From Candidatus Latescibacterota bacterium (GTDB lineage Bacteria; Krumholzibacteriota; Krumholzibacteriia; WVZY01; JAKEHA01): 64,000 bases of DNA. This document shows, piece after piece, positions 19,053 to 27,787 of this stretch (its first letter is position 1; each line of letters opens with the position of its first letter). The DNA is taken from NCBI GenBank assembly GCA_963707635.1, contig OY970173.1:992001-1056000 (forward strand), given 5' to 3'. Under the pieces are notes generated by a model, which saw only the letters and a program-made list of their open reading frames with translations, ran no database searches and was not told the origin of the DNA. The translations under genes were made by a program, and so were the position numbers.

Positions 19053-19821
19053 CCTCGCGCTCGCGGCGGCTGTCTTGTCGGTGCTTCCGGTCGGGTCGGC
19101 CCGCGCCGCCGACGCGGAGTCGCTGCTGCTGCCGGGTATCGACATTCGCTCGATCGACTTCGCGGTCGGAACCTGGTGCCGCTACCGGGTCGTCGACGAA
19201 GCCATGGGCCAGGCGGACACGAGCGAGGTGATGCTGGCGATCGTCGGGCGGGAGTCCACACCCGACGGTCCCGCGTACTGGCTCGAGATCGAGACGAGTC
19301 CATTGCGCGGCTCCGACGACGACCGTGACTTCTCGCGCGTGCTGGTGGACGATCGGGTGCGCGCGATGGCGCCGGGCGACTCGGTCTATCATTTCGTGCG
19401 GCGGTTCTACGTCAAGAAGGGCAACGGGCCGGTCGAGGCGGGTGATCCCCGGGACCTCAAGCGGCTAACGGTCGTGTCTCCCGCCTCCAGGGGGGATTGG
19501 AAAACCACTCCCGGCCGCCGGATCGACACGACCGCGGGAGCCATCGATTGCGAACTCCGCCAGTTCGAGACCGACGAATCGCGCGACGTCCCCGCAGGGC
19601 GGATCGTGATCCGGCAGCGCCGGGTCGATCGAGTCCAGGTGTGGGTCTCACTCGTGATCCCCGTGTTTCATCTCGCCCGCTGCGAGATCGAGCGCCTGCG
19701 CGAGTCGAAGGCCATCCCGCCGGTGCGGGGCGTGCCGGATTCCGGGCCGAGAACCTCACGAACCACCAGCGAGATCGTGTCCTACGGCACCGGCGCGAAA
19801 GCGCGCATTGCCGCGCCGTGA
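19021..19821 (+). CDS. Exported hypothetical protein overlapping the end of the seleno-cytochrome gene
   Basis: Signal peptide (LALAAAVLSVLPVGSARA-A); beta-rich; start uncertain (TTG 19021). Confidence 0.65.
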   Translation: MTKTGPRSPTSLALAAAVLSVLPVGSARAADAESLLLPGIDIRSIDFAVGTWCRYRVVDEAMGQADTSEVMLAIVGRESTPDGPAYWLEIETSPLRGSDDDRDFSRVLVDDRVRAMAPGDSVYHFVRRFYVKKGNGPVEAGDPRDLKRLTVVSPASRGDWKTTPGRRIDTTAGAIDCELRQFETDESRDVPAGRIVIRQRRVDRVQVWVSLVIPVFHLARCEIERLRESKAIPPVRGVPDSGPRTSRTTSEIVSYGTGAKARIAAP

Positions 19822-19959
19822 TGCGATGATTTGATTTTGGCCGCGGGGCTGTGCTATAAGATCGCACAGATTCGGGCCCGCAACCGATTTCACCTGACTT
19901 CCACGGTTACCAACTGATTCAAGGAGGAGGGCGCCCGCCTGCCGCGCCCGGGACTACCC

Positions 19960-20958
19960 ATGAGCGATCGACTGCGACGCGTCAAGTACGCGGAGAGTGT
20001 TCTCGGAACCATCGGCAACACGCCCCTGGTCAGGCTCAACCGCGTCGCCGCCGACGTGAAGTGCACGGTGCTCGCGAAGCTCGAGTACTTCAATCCCGGC
20101 GGCAGCGTCAAGGATCGCATCGGAATCGTCATGATCGAAGACGAGATCCGCAAGGGGACCCTCAAGCCGGGCGGCACCATCGTCGAATGCACGTCGGGCA
20201 ACACCGGTCTCGGACTCGCGCTCGCGGCCTCGATCCTGGGGTACAAGTGCGTGTTCACCATGCCCGACAAGGTCCCGGTCGAAAAAGAGTACATGCTCAA
20301 GGCGTACGGGGCGGAGGTGATCCGCTGCCCGACCAACGTCGCGCCGGACTCGCCCGAGAGTTACTACTCGGTGGCGAAACGTCTCGCGCGCGAGCGCCCC
20401 AACGCGGTACTCGGCAACCAGTATCAGAATCCGATGAACCCGGAGGCGCACTACCGGTCGACGGGTCCCGAGATCTGGCGCGACACCGGCGGCGAGGTCG
20501 ACTACCTGGTGGCGGGCATGGGGACCGGCGGGACGATCAGCGGGACCGGCCGCTACCTGAAGGAAATGAAGCCGGCGGTGAAAGTAATCGGCGCCGACCC
20601 CGAGGGCAGTATCCTCACCCATTATTTCTATCACAAGGAATTGATCGAGGCTCGCCAGTACCTGGTCGATGGAATCGGCGAAGACTTCATCCCGGGGACC
20701 TGTCAGTTCCAGTACGTCGACGAGATGATGCTGGTGGGCGATCGCGAGTCGATCCTCATGACGAGGCGGCTCGCGCGCGAGGAAGGAATGCTGGTGGGCA
20801 GCTCCTCCGGCACGGCCGTCGTGGCCGCGCTGCGGGTGGCGCGCGACCTCGACGCCGACAAGATCGTGGTGGTCCTGATACCGGACACCGGGGAGCGTTA
20901 CTTGAGCAAGGTTCATTCGGAAGCGTGGCTCGCCCAGCATGGTCTGGGCGGCGCGTAG
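19960..20958 (+). CDS. Cystathionine beta-synthase/cysteine synthase family PLP enzyme
   Basis: IGNTPLV, KLEYFNPGGSVKDR, TSGNTG, GMGTGGT, GIGEDF, PDTGERYLSK. Confidence 0.92.
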   Translation: MSDRLRRVKYAESVLGTIGNTPLVRLNRVAADVKCTVLAKLEYFNPGGSVKDRIGIVMIEDEIRKGTLKPGGTIVECTSGNTGLGLALAASILGYKCVFTMPDKVPVEKEYMLKAYGAEVIRCPTNVAPDSPESYYSVAKRLARERPNAVLGNQYQNPMNPEAHYRSTGPEIWRDTGGEVDYLVAGMGTGGTISGTGRYLKEMKPAVKVIGADPEGSILTHYFYHKELIEARQYLVDGIGEDFIPGTCQFQYVDEMMLVGDRESILMTRRLAREEGMLVGSSSGTAVVAALRVARDLDADKIVVVLIPDTGERYLSKVHSEAWLAQHGLGGA

Positions 20959-20972
20959 ACAGGCGGAGGCAT

Positions 20973-22106
20973 ATGGGATTCTCGACCGATTGCGTGCACG
21001 CGGGGCAGTCCCCGGACGAAAAAACCGGCGCCGTCATCACGCCGATCTTCCAGACCTCGACCTACCGGCAGGATGGAATCGGCAAGCACCGAGGCTACGA
21101 ATACGCCCGCACCGCCAACCCGACGCGCGAGGCCCTGGAACGCAACGTCGCCGCGCTGGAGAAGGGGAAGCACGGAATCGCCTATTCCTCGGGCATGGCC
21201 GCGATCGACACCGTGCTCCGGCTGTTCGGACCGGGGGACGAGATTGTCGTGACCCATAACGTGTACGGCGGCACGTACCGCCTCTTCGAGATGGTGTTGA
21301 AGGGGTACGGCCTCTCCTTCAAGTTCATCGACACCGCCGACCTCGCGGCCGTGGAGCGCGCGCTTTCGGACAAGACCCGCCTGGTCTTCATCGAGTCGCC
21401 CACCAACCCGGTGCTCCGCGTCACCGACATCCGCGCGGTGTCGGAGATGGCGCACGCGCGCGGGGCGCGGGTGTGCGTGGACAACACCTTCATGAGTCCC
21501 TACCTGCAGAATCCGCTGGCCCTGGGCGCCGACCTGGTCACGCACAGCACGACCAAGTTCCTGAACGGACACAGCGACATGGTGGGCGGCATCGTCGTGT
21601 TGAACGACGACGTTACCGCGCAGAAGCTCCGTTTCCTCCAGAACGCGGTGGGCGCGGTTCCCGGGCCGATGGATTGCTGGCTGGCGCTGCGCGGGACCAA
21701 GACGCTCGCCGTGCGCATGAAGCAGCACGAAGCGAACGCCCGGGTCCTCGCCGCGTTCCTGGCGGGACACCCAAACCTGGAGAAGGTCAACTACCCGGGG
21801 CTGCCCGACCACCCGCACCACGAGCTCGCCAGGCGACAGGCGCGCGGCTTCGGCGCGATCATTTCCTTCGACCTCGAGTCGCGCGAGCGCGCCGACAAAG
21901 TGCTGCGCGCGGTCAAGCTCTTCACCCTCGCCGAGAGTCTCGGCGGGGTGGAGAGTCTGATCAGCCATCCTGCCACCATGACGCACGGCAGCGTTCCCGA
22001 CGCCGACAAGGCGAAGCTGGGCGTGACTCCCGGGCTGGTGCGGATCTCGGTCGGCATCGAAGACGTCGAAGATCTCCAGGCCGATCTCGAGCAAGCGCTT
22101 CGTTAA
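20973..22106 (+). CDS. Cystathionine gamma-lyase/synthase (Cys/Met metabolism PLP enzyme)
   Basis: SD GGAGG; PIFQTSTY, YARTANPT, SGMAAI, ESPTNP, DNTF, HSTTKFLNGHSD, AESLGGVESL. Confidence 0.93.
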   Translation: MGFSTDCVHAGQSPDEKTGAVITPIFQTSTYRQDGIGKHRGYEYARTANPTREALERNVAALEKGKHGIAYSSGMAAIDTVLRLFGPGDEIVVTHNVYGGTYRLFEMVLKGYGLSFKFIDTADLAAVERALSDKTRLVFIESPTNPVLRVTDIRAVSEMAHARGARVCVDNTFMSPYLQNPLALGADLVTHSTTKFLNGHSDMVGGIVVLNDDVTAQKLRFLQNAVGAVPGPMDCWLALRGTKTLAVRMKQHEANARVLAAFLAGHPNLEKVNYPGLPDHPHHELARRQARGFGAIISFDLESRERADKVLRAVKLFTLAESLGGVESLISHPATMTHGSVPDADKAKLGVTPGLVRISVGIEDVEDLQADLEQALR

Positions 22107-22147
22107 CCATCTGCCGCGATCGGGCCGCTCATCGAGAAAGAGCGGTC

Positions 22148-22338
22148 GGTGTGCACTCCCTCTGCCGCCGTCCTCCCGCGCACAATGTTGATATGCGCGA
22201 CTGCGGATTGGCGTCCGAGGGAGTGCACACCTTCCCCAAAAAGAACGGGCGATATATCGGGCGAAGCGCGATTTCGCGAGTCGCGCATTCCAGCTTGTGC
22301 GCGCGAGCGCATGAGCGCGGAGTCCGATATATCGCCCG
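22148..22338. repeat. Two tandem long inverted repeats with perfect 15-bp stems
   Basis: GGTGTGCACTCCCTC 22148-22162 / GAGGGAGTGCACACC 22217-22231; CGGGCGATATATCGG 22246-22260 / CCGATATATCGCCCG 22324-22338. Confidence 0.85.
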
Positions 22339-22447
22339 GGAATACTCGGGGTCGCCATCTTGCGCGTCCGGCGGATCGTGACTATATTCAGAACGTCGAT
22401 GTTGCCACACGACAACGTGCTACGAGCTGATCCTCTGCAGTTTTTGC

Positions 22448-22476
22448 TTGACGCATCTGGCGGTATCTTCTAGGGT
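22448..22476 (+). promoter_or_regulatory. Putative sigma70 promoter
   Basis: TTGACG, 17 nt, TAGGGT. Confidence 0.5.
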
Positions 22477-22589
22477 TCCGCAAGATATTGTGGTTCCGGT
22501 GCGTCAGGACACAGCATCCTGTGTATCCCGGCCATTTAAAACGGTTTAGGCTGTTGCCCTTTTTTCACCTCAACACGGAGGAGTTGGGT

Positions 22590-22769
22590 ATGGAAAAGCG
22601 GGAAAAAGGCGGGGTGCTCATGAAGGACAAGGAGTACGTCAAGTTCGTTCAGCTCCTTCGAAAGGCGGAGAAGGAAGGACGGTTGGACGGATATCCCTGT
22701 CCGCTTTGCGGCTCGCGGTACGCGACTAGCGATGATGCGGAAGGGTGCTGCCGGGTTGTGATCTCGTGA
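22590..22769 (+). CDS. Small zinc-finger protein (CPxCG-x11-CC)
   Basis: SD GGAGGAG before ATG 22590 (alternative 22620); CPLCGSRYATSDDAEGCC. Confidence 0.6.
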   Translation: MEKREKGGVLMKDKEYVKFVQLLRKAEKEGRLDGYPCPLCGSRYATSDDAEGCCRVVIS

Positions 22770-22791
22770 CCCCCGCAGCCGGACGGTGAAT

Positions 22792-23193
22792 ATGTCTATC
22801 GTGAGTTCCAGTACCATTCGACAGCACTGCTCGGTCTGCAAGGCCGACTTCGACATGGACATCATCAAGCAGGGCAGCACCGAGGAAGTGCTGTGGCTGA
22901 AATGTCCCGGCTGTCAGGGCTTCCTTCCCTACATGCCGAAGGAAGACATGACCGGAGCCGACGATCGCCTTCCGGACGAGCAGTTGGTGGCGATTGAAGA
23001 CCTGGATGTCGATCACGCCAAGGAGTACTCGGACGACCAGGAGTTTCAGATCGGTGAAGTGATTCACCACCGCTCCTGGAACGATTTCGGCAAGATCGTC
23101 GGCAAGGATCGGCTGCCCGGTAATCGCCGGACGATCTGGGTGCAGTTCATTCGGCAGGGGCGCGTGCAGCTCCTCGAAGGCGTCGTTCACTAA
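22792..23193 (+). CDS. Zinc-ribbon protein with C-terminal Tudor-like (PcrA/UvrD-CTD-like) domain
   Basis: CSVC...CPGC; acidic linker; FQIGEVIHHRSWNDFGKIV...IWVQF. Confidence 0.7.
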   Translation: MSIVSSSTIRQHCSVCKADFDMDIIKQGSTEEVLWLKCPGCQGFLPYMPKEDMTGADDRLPDEQLVAIEDLDVDHAKEYSDDQEFQIGEVIHHRSWNDFGKIVGKDRLPGNRRTIWVQFIRQGRVQLLEGVVH

Positions 23194-23214
23194 CGACGTC
23201 GGCGCGGGGCGATC

Positions 23215-23991
23215 ATGCACCGCATCGGAGTCGCGGCCTGCGTGGCGGCCGCGCTCGCGATCGTAGCCTGCGCCTTCCACGAGGCCGGTGCCGCGGGCAT
23301 CTATGAAGATGCTCCTGCGGAATCGGCCTTTCTTTTATCCCCCAGACAGATAGTCGTGCGCGGCACGTTGGAGTTCACCTCCGGTGGGGCGGAGGGCTCC
23401 GTCTATCGTCTCCTGGCGGCCTTCCCCGTCCGCAGCGCCTTCTACGTGTCCGTCGACCAGCCGTTCGTCGCGCTCACCGATTCGTCCCACATCGAGACCG
23501 GACTCGGCGACCTTCGGCTCCGCGCCCGGGCGCGGCTGTGGGGGGGCGGGGGGCGTGCGGTCTACCTGCTCGGATTTCTCAGCGCGGGCACCGGCAACAG
23601 CCGGTTCTTTCCGTATTCGTCGCAGACGATCGACGTGAACGCGTCGGCTGGCTACGCCGATTCCCTGGGCACTCTGACCGTGTGGGCGATCGCTGGATTC
23701 ACCTGGGTCAGCAACTATCCCGACAATCAGGTGATCGTCGCCGCATGCACGGACTATCTGCGCGTGAGCGCGGGGGCGTCGCTCGCGCTCGGGTCGAAAA
23801 CCGCGGTCGGGGCGGGCGCCTTGGTTCTTTCGTACGAGGGCGATACGCGCCGCGATCTCCTCTTCGCCACCGGGACCTATCAGTGGACGGGCGCGCTGGG
23901 CCTGTTTGCCGACGTGCAGGTCGAAACCGGGCCGGTCGGCGACCGCGTGAACGACTGGGGTGCGATCGGGGGCGTGAGCGTCGGTTTTTGA
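23215..23991 (+). CDS. Putative outer-membrane beta-barrel protein
   Basis: Signal peptide, GLGD motif, alternating strands, terminal Phe. Confidence 0.65.
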   Translation: MHRIGVAACVAAALAIVACAFHEAGAAGIYEDAPAESAFLLSPRQIVVRGTLEFTSGGAEGSVYRLLAAFPVRSAFYVSVDQPFVALTDSSHIETGLGDLRLRARARLWGGGGRAVYLLGFLSAGTGNSRFFPYSSQTIDVNASAGYADSLGTLTVWAIAGFTWVSNYPDNQVIVAACTDYLRVSAGASLALGSKTAVGAGALVLSYEGDTRRDLLFATGTYQWTGALGLFADVQVETGPVGDRVNDWGAIGGVSVGF

Positions 23992-24148
23992 CCCCTCGCA
24001 CACTTCGAGAACCGCTTCGCAGTTTGCCCGTGCTGCCTGCCCGCGCCGGGCCCCAACCCCCAAGCACAGAGTTCCGAGTCGCGCCTCGTCGCGTCAGCCC
24101 GATTCCCATGGATTCCGCATGCGGACGCCCCAAAAGTCCCCCTGTCCG

Positions 24149-24163
24149 TGGCACATGGCTTGC
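24149..24163 (+). promoter_or_regulatory. Sigma54 (-24/-12) promoter
   Basis: TGGCAC-ATGGC-TTGC matches TGGCAC-N5-TTGC; 85 nt upstream of the REC gene. Confidence 0.7.
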
Positions 24164-24248
24164 CCTTTCGGACCCCGGCAGACCCTCTGGTCGACGCAAC
24201 GACAACGGACCAGACATCGCTCCCCGATGGGAGAGCTGGAGGGAACTC

Positions 24249-24848
24249 GTGATCCGCATAGTCCTCGTGGAGGACGACGATCTCATGCGCGAATGGCTCG
24301 GACGTTCGCTCGCCAGCCGTGGCTACACGGTGGCGCGCTTCGCTCGCGCCGACCACGCCATTCCCGCCGTCGCCGCGGATCCGCCCGACGTCGTCGTCTC
24401 CGACGTGCGCATGCCGGGCATGTCCGGGTTCGAAATGGGTCACGCGCTGCGGGCCCGCGGCCTCTGCGTGCCCTTCGTGTTCATGACGGCCGATCCGACG
24501 GAGTCGCTGGACGAGGAAGCGTCCATGCTCGGGGCCCGGCGCGTGCTGCGGAAACCCTTCGGCGACGTGGCCGAGCTCTGGGAAGCGGTTGACGCCGCCG
24601 TCGACGCGGCCGTTGCAGATGGCGCCGCGAACGGCGCGGACCTGACCGAAACGTCGCACGCGCTGCGGACCCCTCTCACCGCGGTCCGCATGGCGGTCGA
24701 AGGGCTCATCGCCGAGCGCACGCTCGACGCGCGCGAACGCCACCTGGCCGAGATCGCGGTGCGCAACCTCGACCGGCTCGCCAACGCGGTCGAAGATCAC
24801 CTCGACCACCTCGCCTTCGCGGGCGATCTGGACGCGCCGCTCGACTAG
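24249..24848 (+). CDS. Receiver domain fused to HisKA (DHp) helices, no HATPase domain
   Basis: SD GGAGGG + GTG; VEDD, SDVRMPGMSG, MTA, KPF; SHALRTPLTAV...NLDRL. Confidence 0.78.
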   Translation: MIRIVLVEDDDLMREWLGRSLASRGYTVARFARADHAIPAVAADPPDVVVSDVRMPGMSGFEMGHALRARGLCVPFVFMTADPTESLDEEASMLGARRVLRKPFGDVAELWEAVDAAVDAAVADGAANGADLTETSHALRTPLTAVRMAVEGLIAERTLDARERHLAEIAVRNLDRLANAVEDHLDHLAFAGDLDAPLD

Positions 24849-24862
24849 CGGCAATCCCTTTT

Positions 24863-26236
24863 TCAGTCTGTGTGGGTTTCGAGAAGTTCCGACATGCGGG
24901 ACTTGCGCCGCCGTTGCACGGCCTCGGCGTCGGCGGCGGTGGTGGGGCCGCCGGCGAGCAGCAGCGTCAGCGGCTGCTCGATGGTGCGTTCGACCGACCC
25001 GCGCATCGGCCGCAGCTCGAACGAGCCTTCCTCGATGTGCTCGACCAGCCAGGCGAACGCCTCCACCCCGGTGTAGCCGAACCCATCGCAGTGAACGGGT
25101 TCCCCGTCTTCGAGGAATACCTTCGCCCGCCCCTCGGGGGTGTGGAATACCAGCACGCCCGTGAGACCGGACGAGCTCGCCAGGCGCAGCGCGTCGGCGA
25201 CCACGATCCGCCCCAGGTCACCGGCGTAGAGCGAGGGCGGCCGCACGCGGCGCGCGAACGCCCGCGCGAGCGGAGACGCGAATACGATCACGACGCCGAT
25301 CAGCACCAGGATGGCGGTGAGGTGACGGTCGAAGAACGCGGCGACCCCGGGCGCGACGTCACGGATGGCGCCGGTGAACTGCTCCGGCCAGGCTGGTCCC
25401 TCGCTCTTCGGCGCGGCCGCGCCGGCGCCGGGGGCGGAAAGCGCGCGAAACTGTTCGCGCGCCCACTCGTTCGACGGATCCTGCGCGAGGATGGCCTGCA
25501 GCACGTCGGACGCCTCGCCGCGGACCCAGTTGCCGGATTCGATCAGGCGGCGCGCGGACGACTCCATGGACGCGATGCGGTCGTGCTCGATCTTGGTGGA
25601 GAACTCGGCGCGCAGGGCGTAGAGGTCCTCGCGCGGCGCTTTCGACAGCGCGAGGTCGATGGTGGACAGCGCGGCATCCATCTGCCCGATGCGCGCCAGG
25701 CAGCGGGCCTTGTCGGCCAGGACGTCGACGTTGTCGGGGGTGATGGACAGGAGCACGGCGAGGCGCGGCAGCGCCTCCTCGAAGCGCCCGGCGGCCAGCA
25801 GGGTGCGGATCTCGCGCTCGAGTTCGCCGCGCAGCTCCTGCTCCACGATGCGCAGGTTCGCGACGATGTCGAGGCGCGCCGGGACCAGCGTGGAGGCGCG
25901 CGTCAGGAGGCCCCGGGCATACTCCAAACGACCCGTGCGTTTGTAGAGGTGCGCGAGCTCGCACATCGCGTCGATGTCGTCTGGGTCACGGAGCAGCGCT
26001 TCCTGGAAATAGACTTCCGCGAGCGGAAAATGGGAGAAGCCCACTGCTGAACGCCCCATGTCCAGGAGTTCCTCGCGCGTCGTCGTCGAGTCGAACAACG
26101 CCTCGTTGTTCCACTCCGGGACGAAGTGGGCACGCGGCTGCTGCGCCCCGGCCGGGGACGCAACGGCGCACAGGCCGGCCGCGAGACTGGCGATCATGAG
26201 GGAAACACGCGTCATCACGACGCGAAATCGCAACAT
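24863..26236 (-). CDS. Exported TPR protein with one TM helix and cytoplasmic DUF4388 (PATAN-like) domain
   Basis: Signal peptide, TPR helices, TM segment, AGDLG..ADALRL..SGLTGVL..FLEDGEPVHC..G.EAF..EGSFE. Confidence 0.72.
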   Translation of the reverse strand: MLRFRVVMTRVSLMIASLAAGLCAVASPAGAQQPRAHFVPEWNNEALFDSTTTREELLDMGRSAVGFSHFPLAEVYFQEALLRDPDDIDAMCELAHLYKRTGRLEYARGLLTRASTLVPARLDIVANLRIVEQELRGELEREIRTLLAAGRFEEALPRLAVLLSITPDNVDVLADKARCLARIGQMDAALSTIDLALSKAPREDLYALRAEFSTKIEHDRIASMESSARRLIESGNWVRGEASDVLQAILAQDPSNEWAREQFRALSAPGAGAAAPKSEGPAWPEQFTGAIRDVAPGVAAFFDRHLTAILVLIGVVIVFASPLARAFARRVRPPSLYAGDLGRIVVADALRLASSSGLTGVLVFHTPEGRAKVFLEDGEPVHCDGFGYTGVEAFAWLVEHIEEGSFELRPMRGSVERTIEQPLTLLLAGGPTTAADAEAVQRRRKSRMSELLETHTD

Positions 26237-26353
26237 TCATACCATGGGCACGAAGGGAAGCCATGGGAACCGGGGTGGGGCGGCCGGGAACAACCGGGCG
26301 GGATGGGGCCGTTTGGGCCGCGACGGGGCAGCGCGAGGAACGACGGGCAGCGA

Positions 26354-27781
26354 TCAGTCGGGCAGGTTGACGGCCTTTCGGGTCCAGCTCGACACGACGG
26401 CGAAGTTCGCGGGGTCGCGCAGGAGCTGCACCCCGTGCCCGGAGAACTGGAACACACGCGTGGTGACCACCGGACGCGCGCCGCCGTGGCCGGTCGCCGC
26501 GGAGTCGTCGCCCGCCTCGGTGAGCAGCCAGAGCGAGCGCATGGCGAAGGCGTCTTCGTCGCTCGCGACCGCCAGCATCGGCTTCGGCGGCCGGAACGAC
26601 AGCGCCGCCGCCAGGTCACGATCGTCCGCGGTGAACAGCGGCGAGAGGTGGACGACGACCGCCACCACGCCGAGCTCGTGGATCGCGTGTTCGACGGTGG
26701 TGCACGCGCCGCCTTCGGCGACGATGGCGATGCCGTCGGCCGGGACCCCGGCCTGGTCGCGAAGGTAGCGCCACGCGGTTTCCACGTCGGACGCAAGCCG
26801 GTCGCGCTGGCGCGCCGGCATCTGGCTGTACGACGGGATCGAGTCCGATCGGCTGTCGCCGTGCCCGCGCGGGTCGACTGTCAGGGTGGTCAGGCCGTCG
26901 ACGGTGAAGAGCTGCGCGTACGGCGTGAACGCGGAGCGCCGGCCTCCCAGGTCGGGAACGAACAGGATCGCGGCCGGGCTCTTGCCGCGCCGCAGCGTCG
27001 CCTCGAGACGCACCCCGCCCTCGCCCTGGAGCTCGATGATCTCGGCGCCTTCGGCCCGGGCGGCGTCGGCGCGCGCGCGCCGCGCGCCGGCGACGGCGCC
27101 GGAGACGACCGCGTCGAACTCGCCGGCGTTCACCTTGCCCGACGCGGACAGCAGCGCGATCAACGCCGCGTCGTCGTCCGGATTGGAGTCCCCGGTCGAA
27201 CCGATCAGCGCAAGGTACGCGGCGCGGGCCTCGTCGCGGCGCCCGAGGCCGGCGAGGCATCGCGCGCGCACGCGCACCGCGTCCTCGGCGGCGTCCTCGT
27301 CCAGCATGGCGACGGCATGGTCGGCCACCTGCAGCGCCTCGTCGCGGCGCCCCAGCTCCAGGAGTGCGCGCGCCCGGAGCGCGTACGCGCGGCCGAGGAA
27401 CGGGGGAGGGGTCGCGCTGGCGCCGGACCACTCGATCGCGGCGCGGAGCACTTTCTCGGCGCCGTCGGGGTCGTGACCCTGATCGAGGAGCATGACGGCG
27501 TACGCGTTCGACGTGGCCACGTCGCCCGGAAAGAACACCAGAATCTGTTCGAATGCCTCTGCCGCCCGGTCGAACTGGCCGATCGACACGTACAGATCCG
27601 CCAGCCACCGCAGCGTCACCGCCTGCTTCTCGGCGGCGACGTCCCCTCCGATGAGCTGTTCGAGTTTCCGTATCTCCTGGTCGATGTCCGCGCGGGTGTC
27701 GATCCGGCCGCTCGAATCCTGCCCGCGCGCGCTCGACGCGCACAGAATCGAAACCAAGACGACCAGCGTGACGCGCAGCAT
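26354..27781 (-). CDS. Exported TPR protein with C-terminal alpha/beta-hydrolase fold
   Basis: Signal peptide, TPRs; VDPRGHGDS; Asp (SDED) and His (SGHG) positions; no GxSxG. Confidence 0.7.
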   Translation of the reverse strand: MLRVTLVVLVSILCASSARGQDSSGRIDTRADIDQEIRKLEQLIGGDVAAEKQAVTLRWLADLYVSIGQFDRAAEAFEQILVFFPGDVATSNAYAVMLLDQGHDPDGAEKVLRAAIEWSGASATPPPFLGRAYALRARALLELGRRDEALQVADHAVAMLDEDAAEDAVRVRARCLAGLGRRDEARAAYLALIGSTGDSNPDDDAALIALLSASGKVNAGEFDAVVSGAVAGARRARADAARAEGAEIIELQGEGGVRLEATLRRGKSPAAILFVPDLGGRRSAFTPYAQLFTVDGLTTLTVDPRGHGDSRSDSIPSYSQMPARQRDRLASDVETAWRYLRDQAGVPADGIAIVAEGGACTTVEHAIHELGVVAVVVHLSPLFTADDRDLAAALSFRPPKPMLAVASDEDAFAMRSLWLLTEAGDDSAATGHGGARPVVTTRVFQFSGHGVQLLRDPANFAVVSSWTRKAVNLPD

Positions 27782-27787
27782 GAGCGG

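Noticed and set aside
19822..19959. SAM riboswitch before the CBS/CGL genes
   Set aside because: No SAM-I/II consensus core was seen, and the leader is short.
22148..22338. CRISPR array
   Set aside because: The repeats are inverted and unrelated to each other, with no direct repeat-spacer periodicity and no cas genes.
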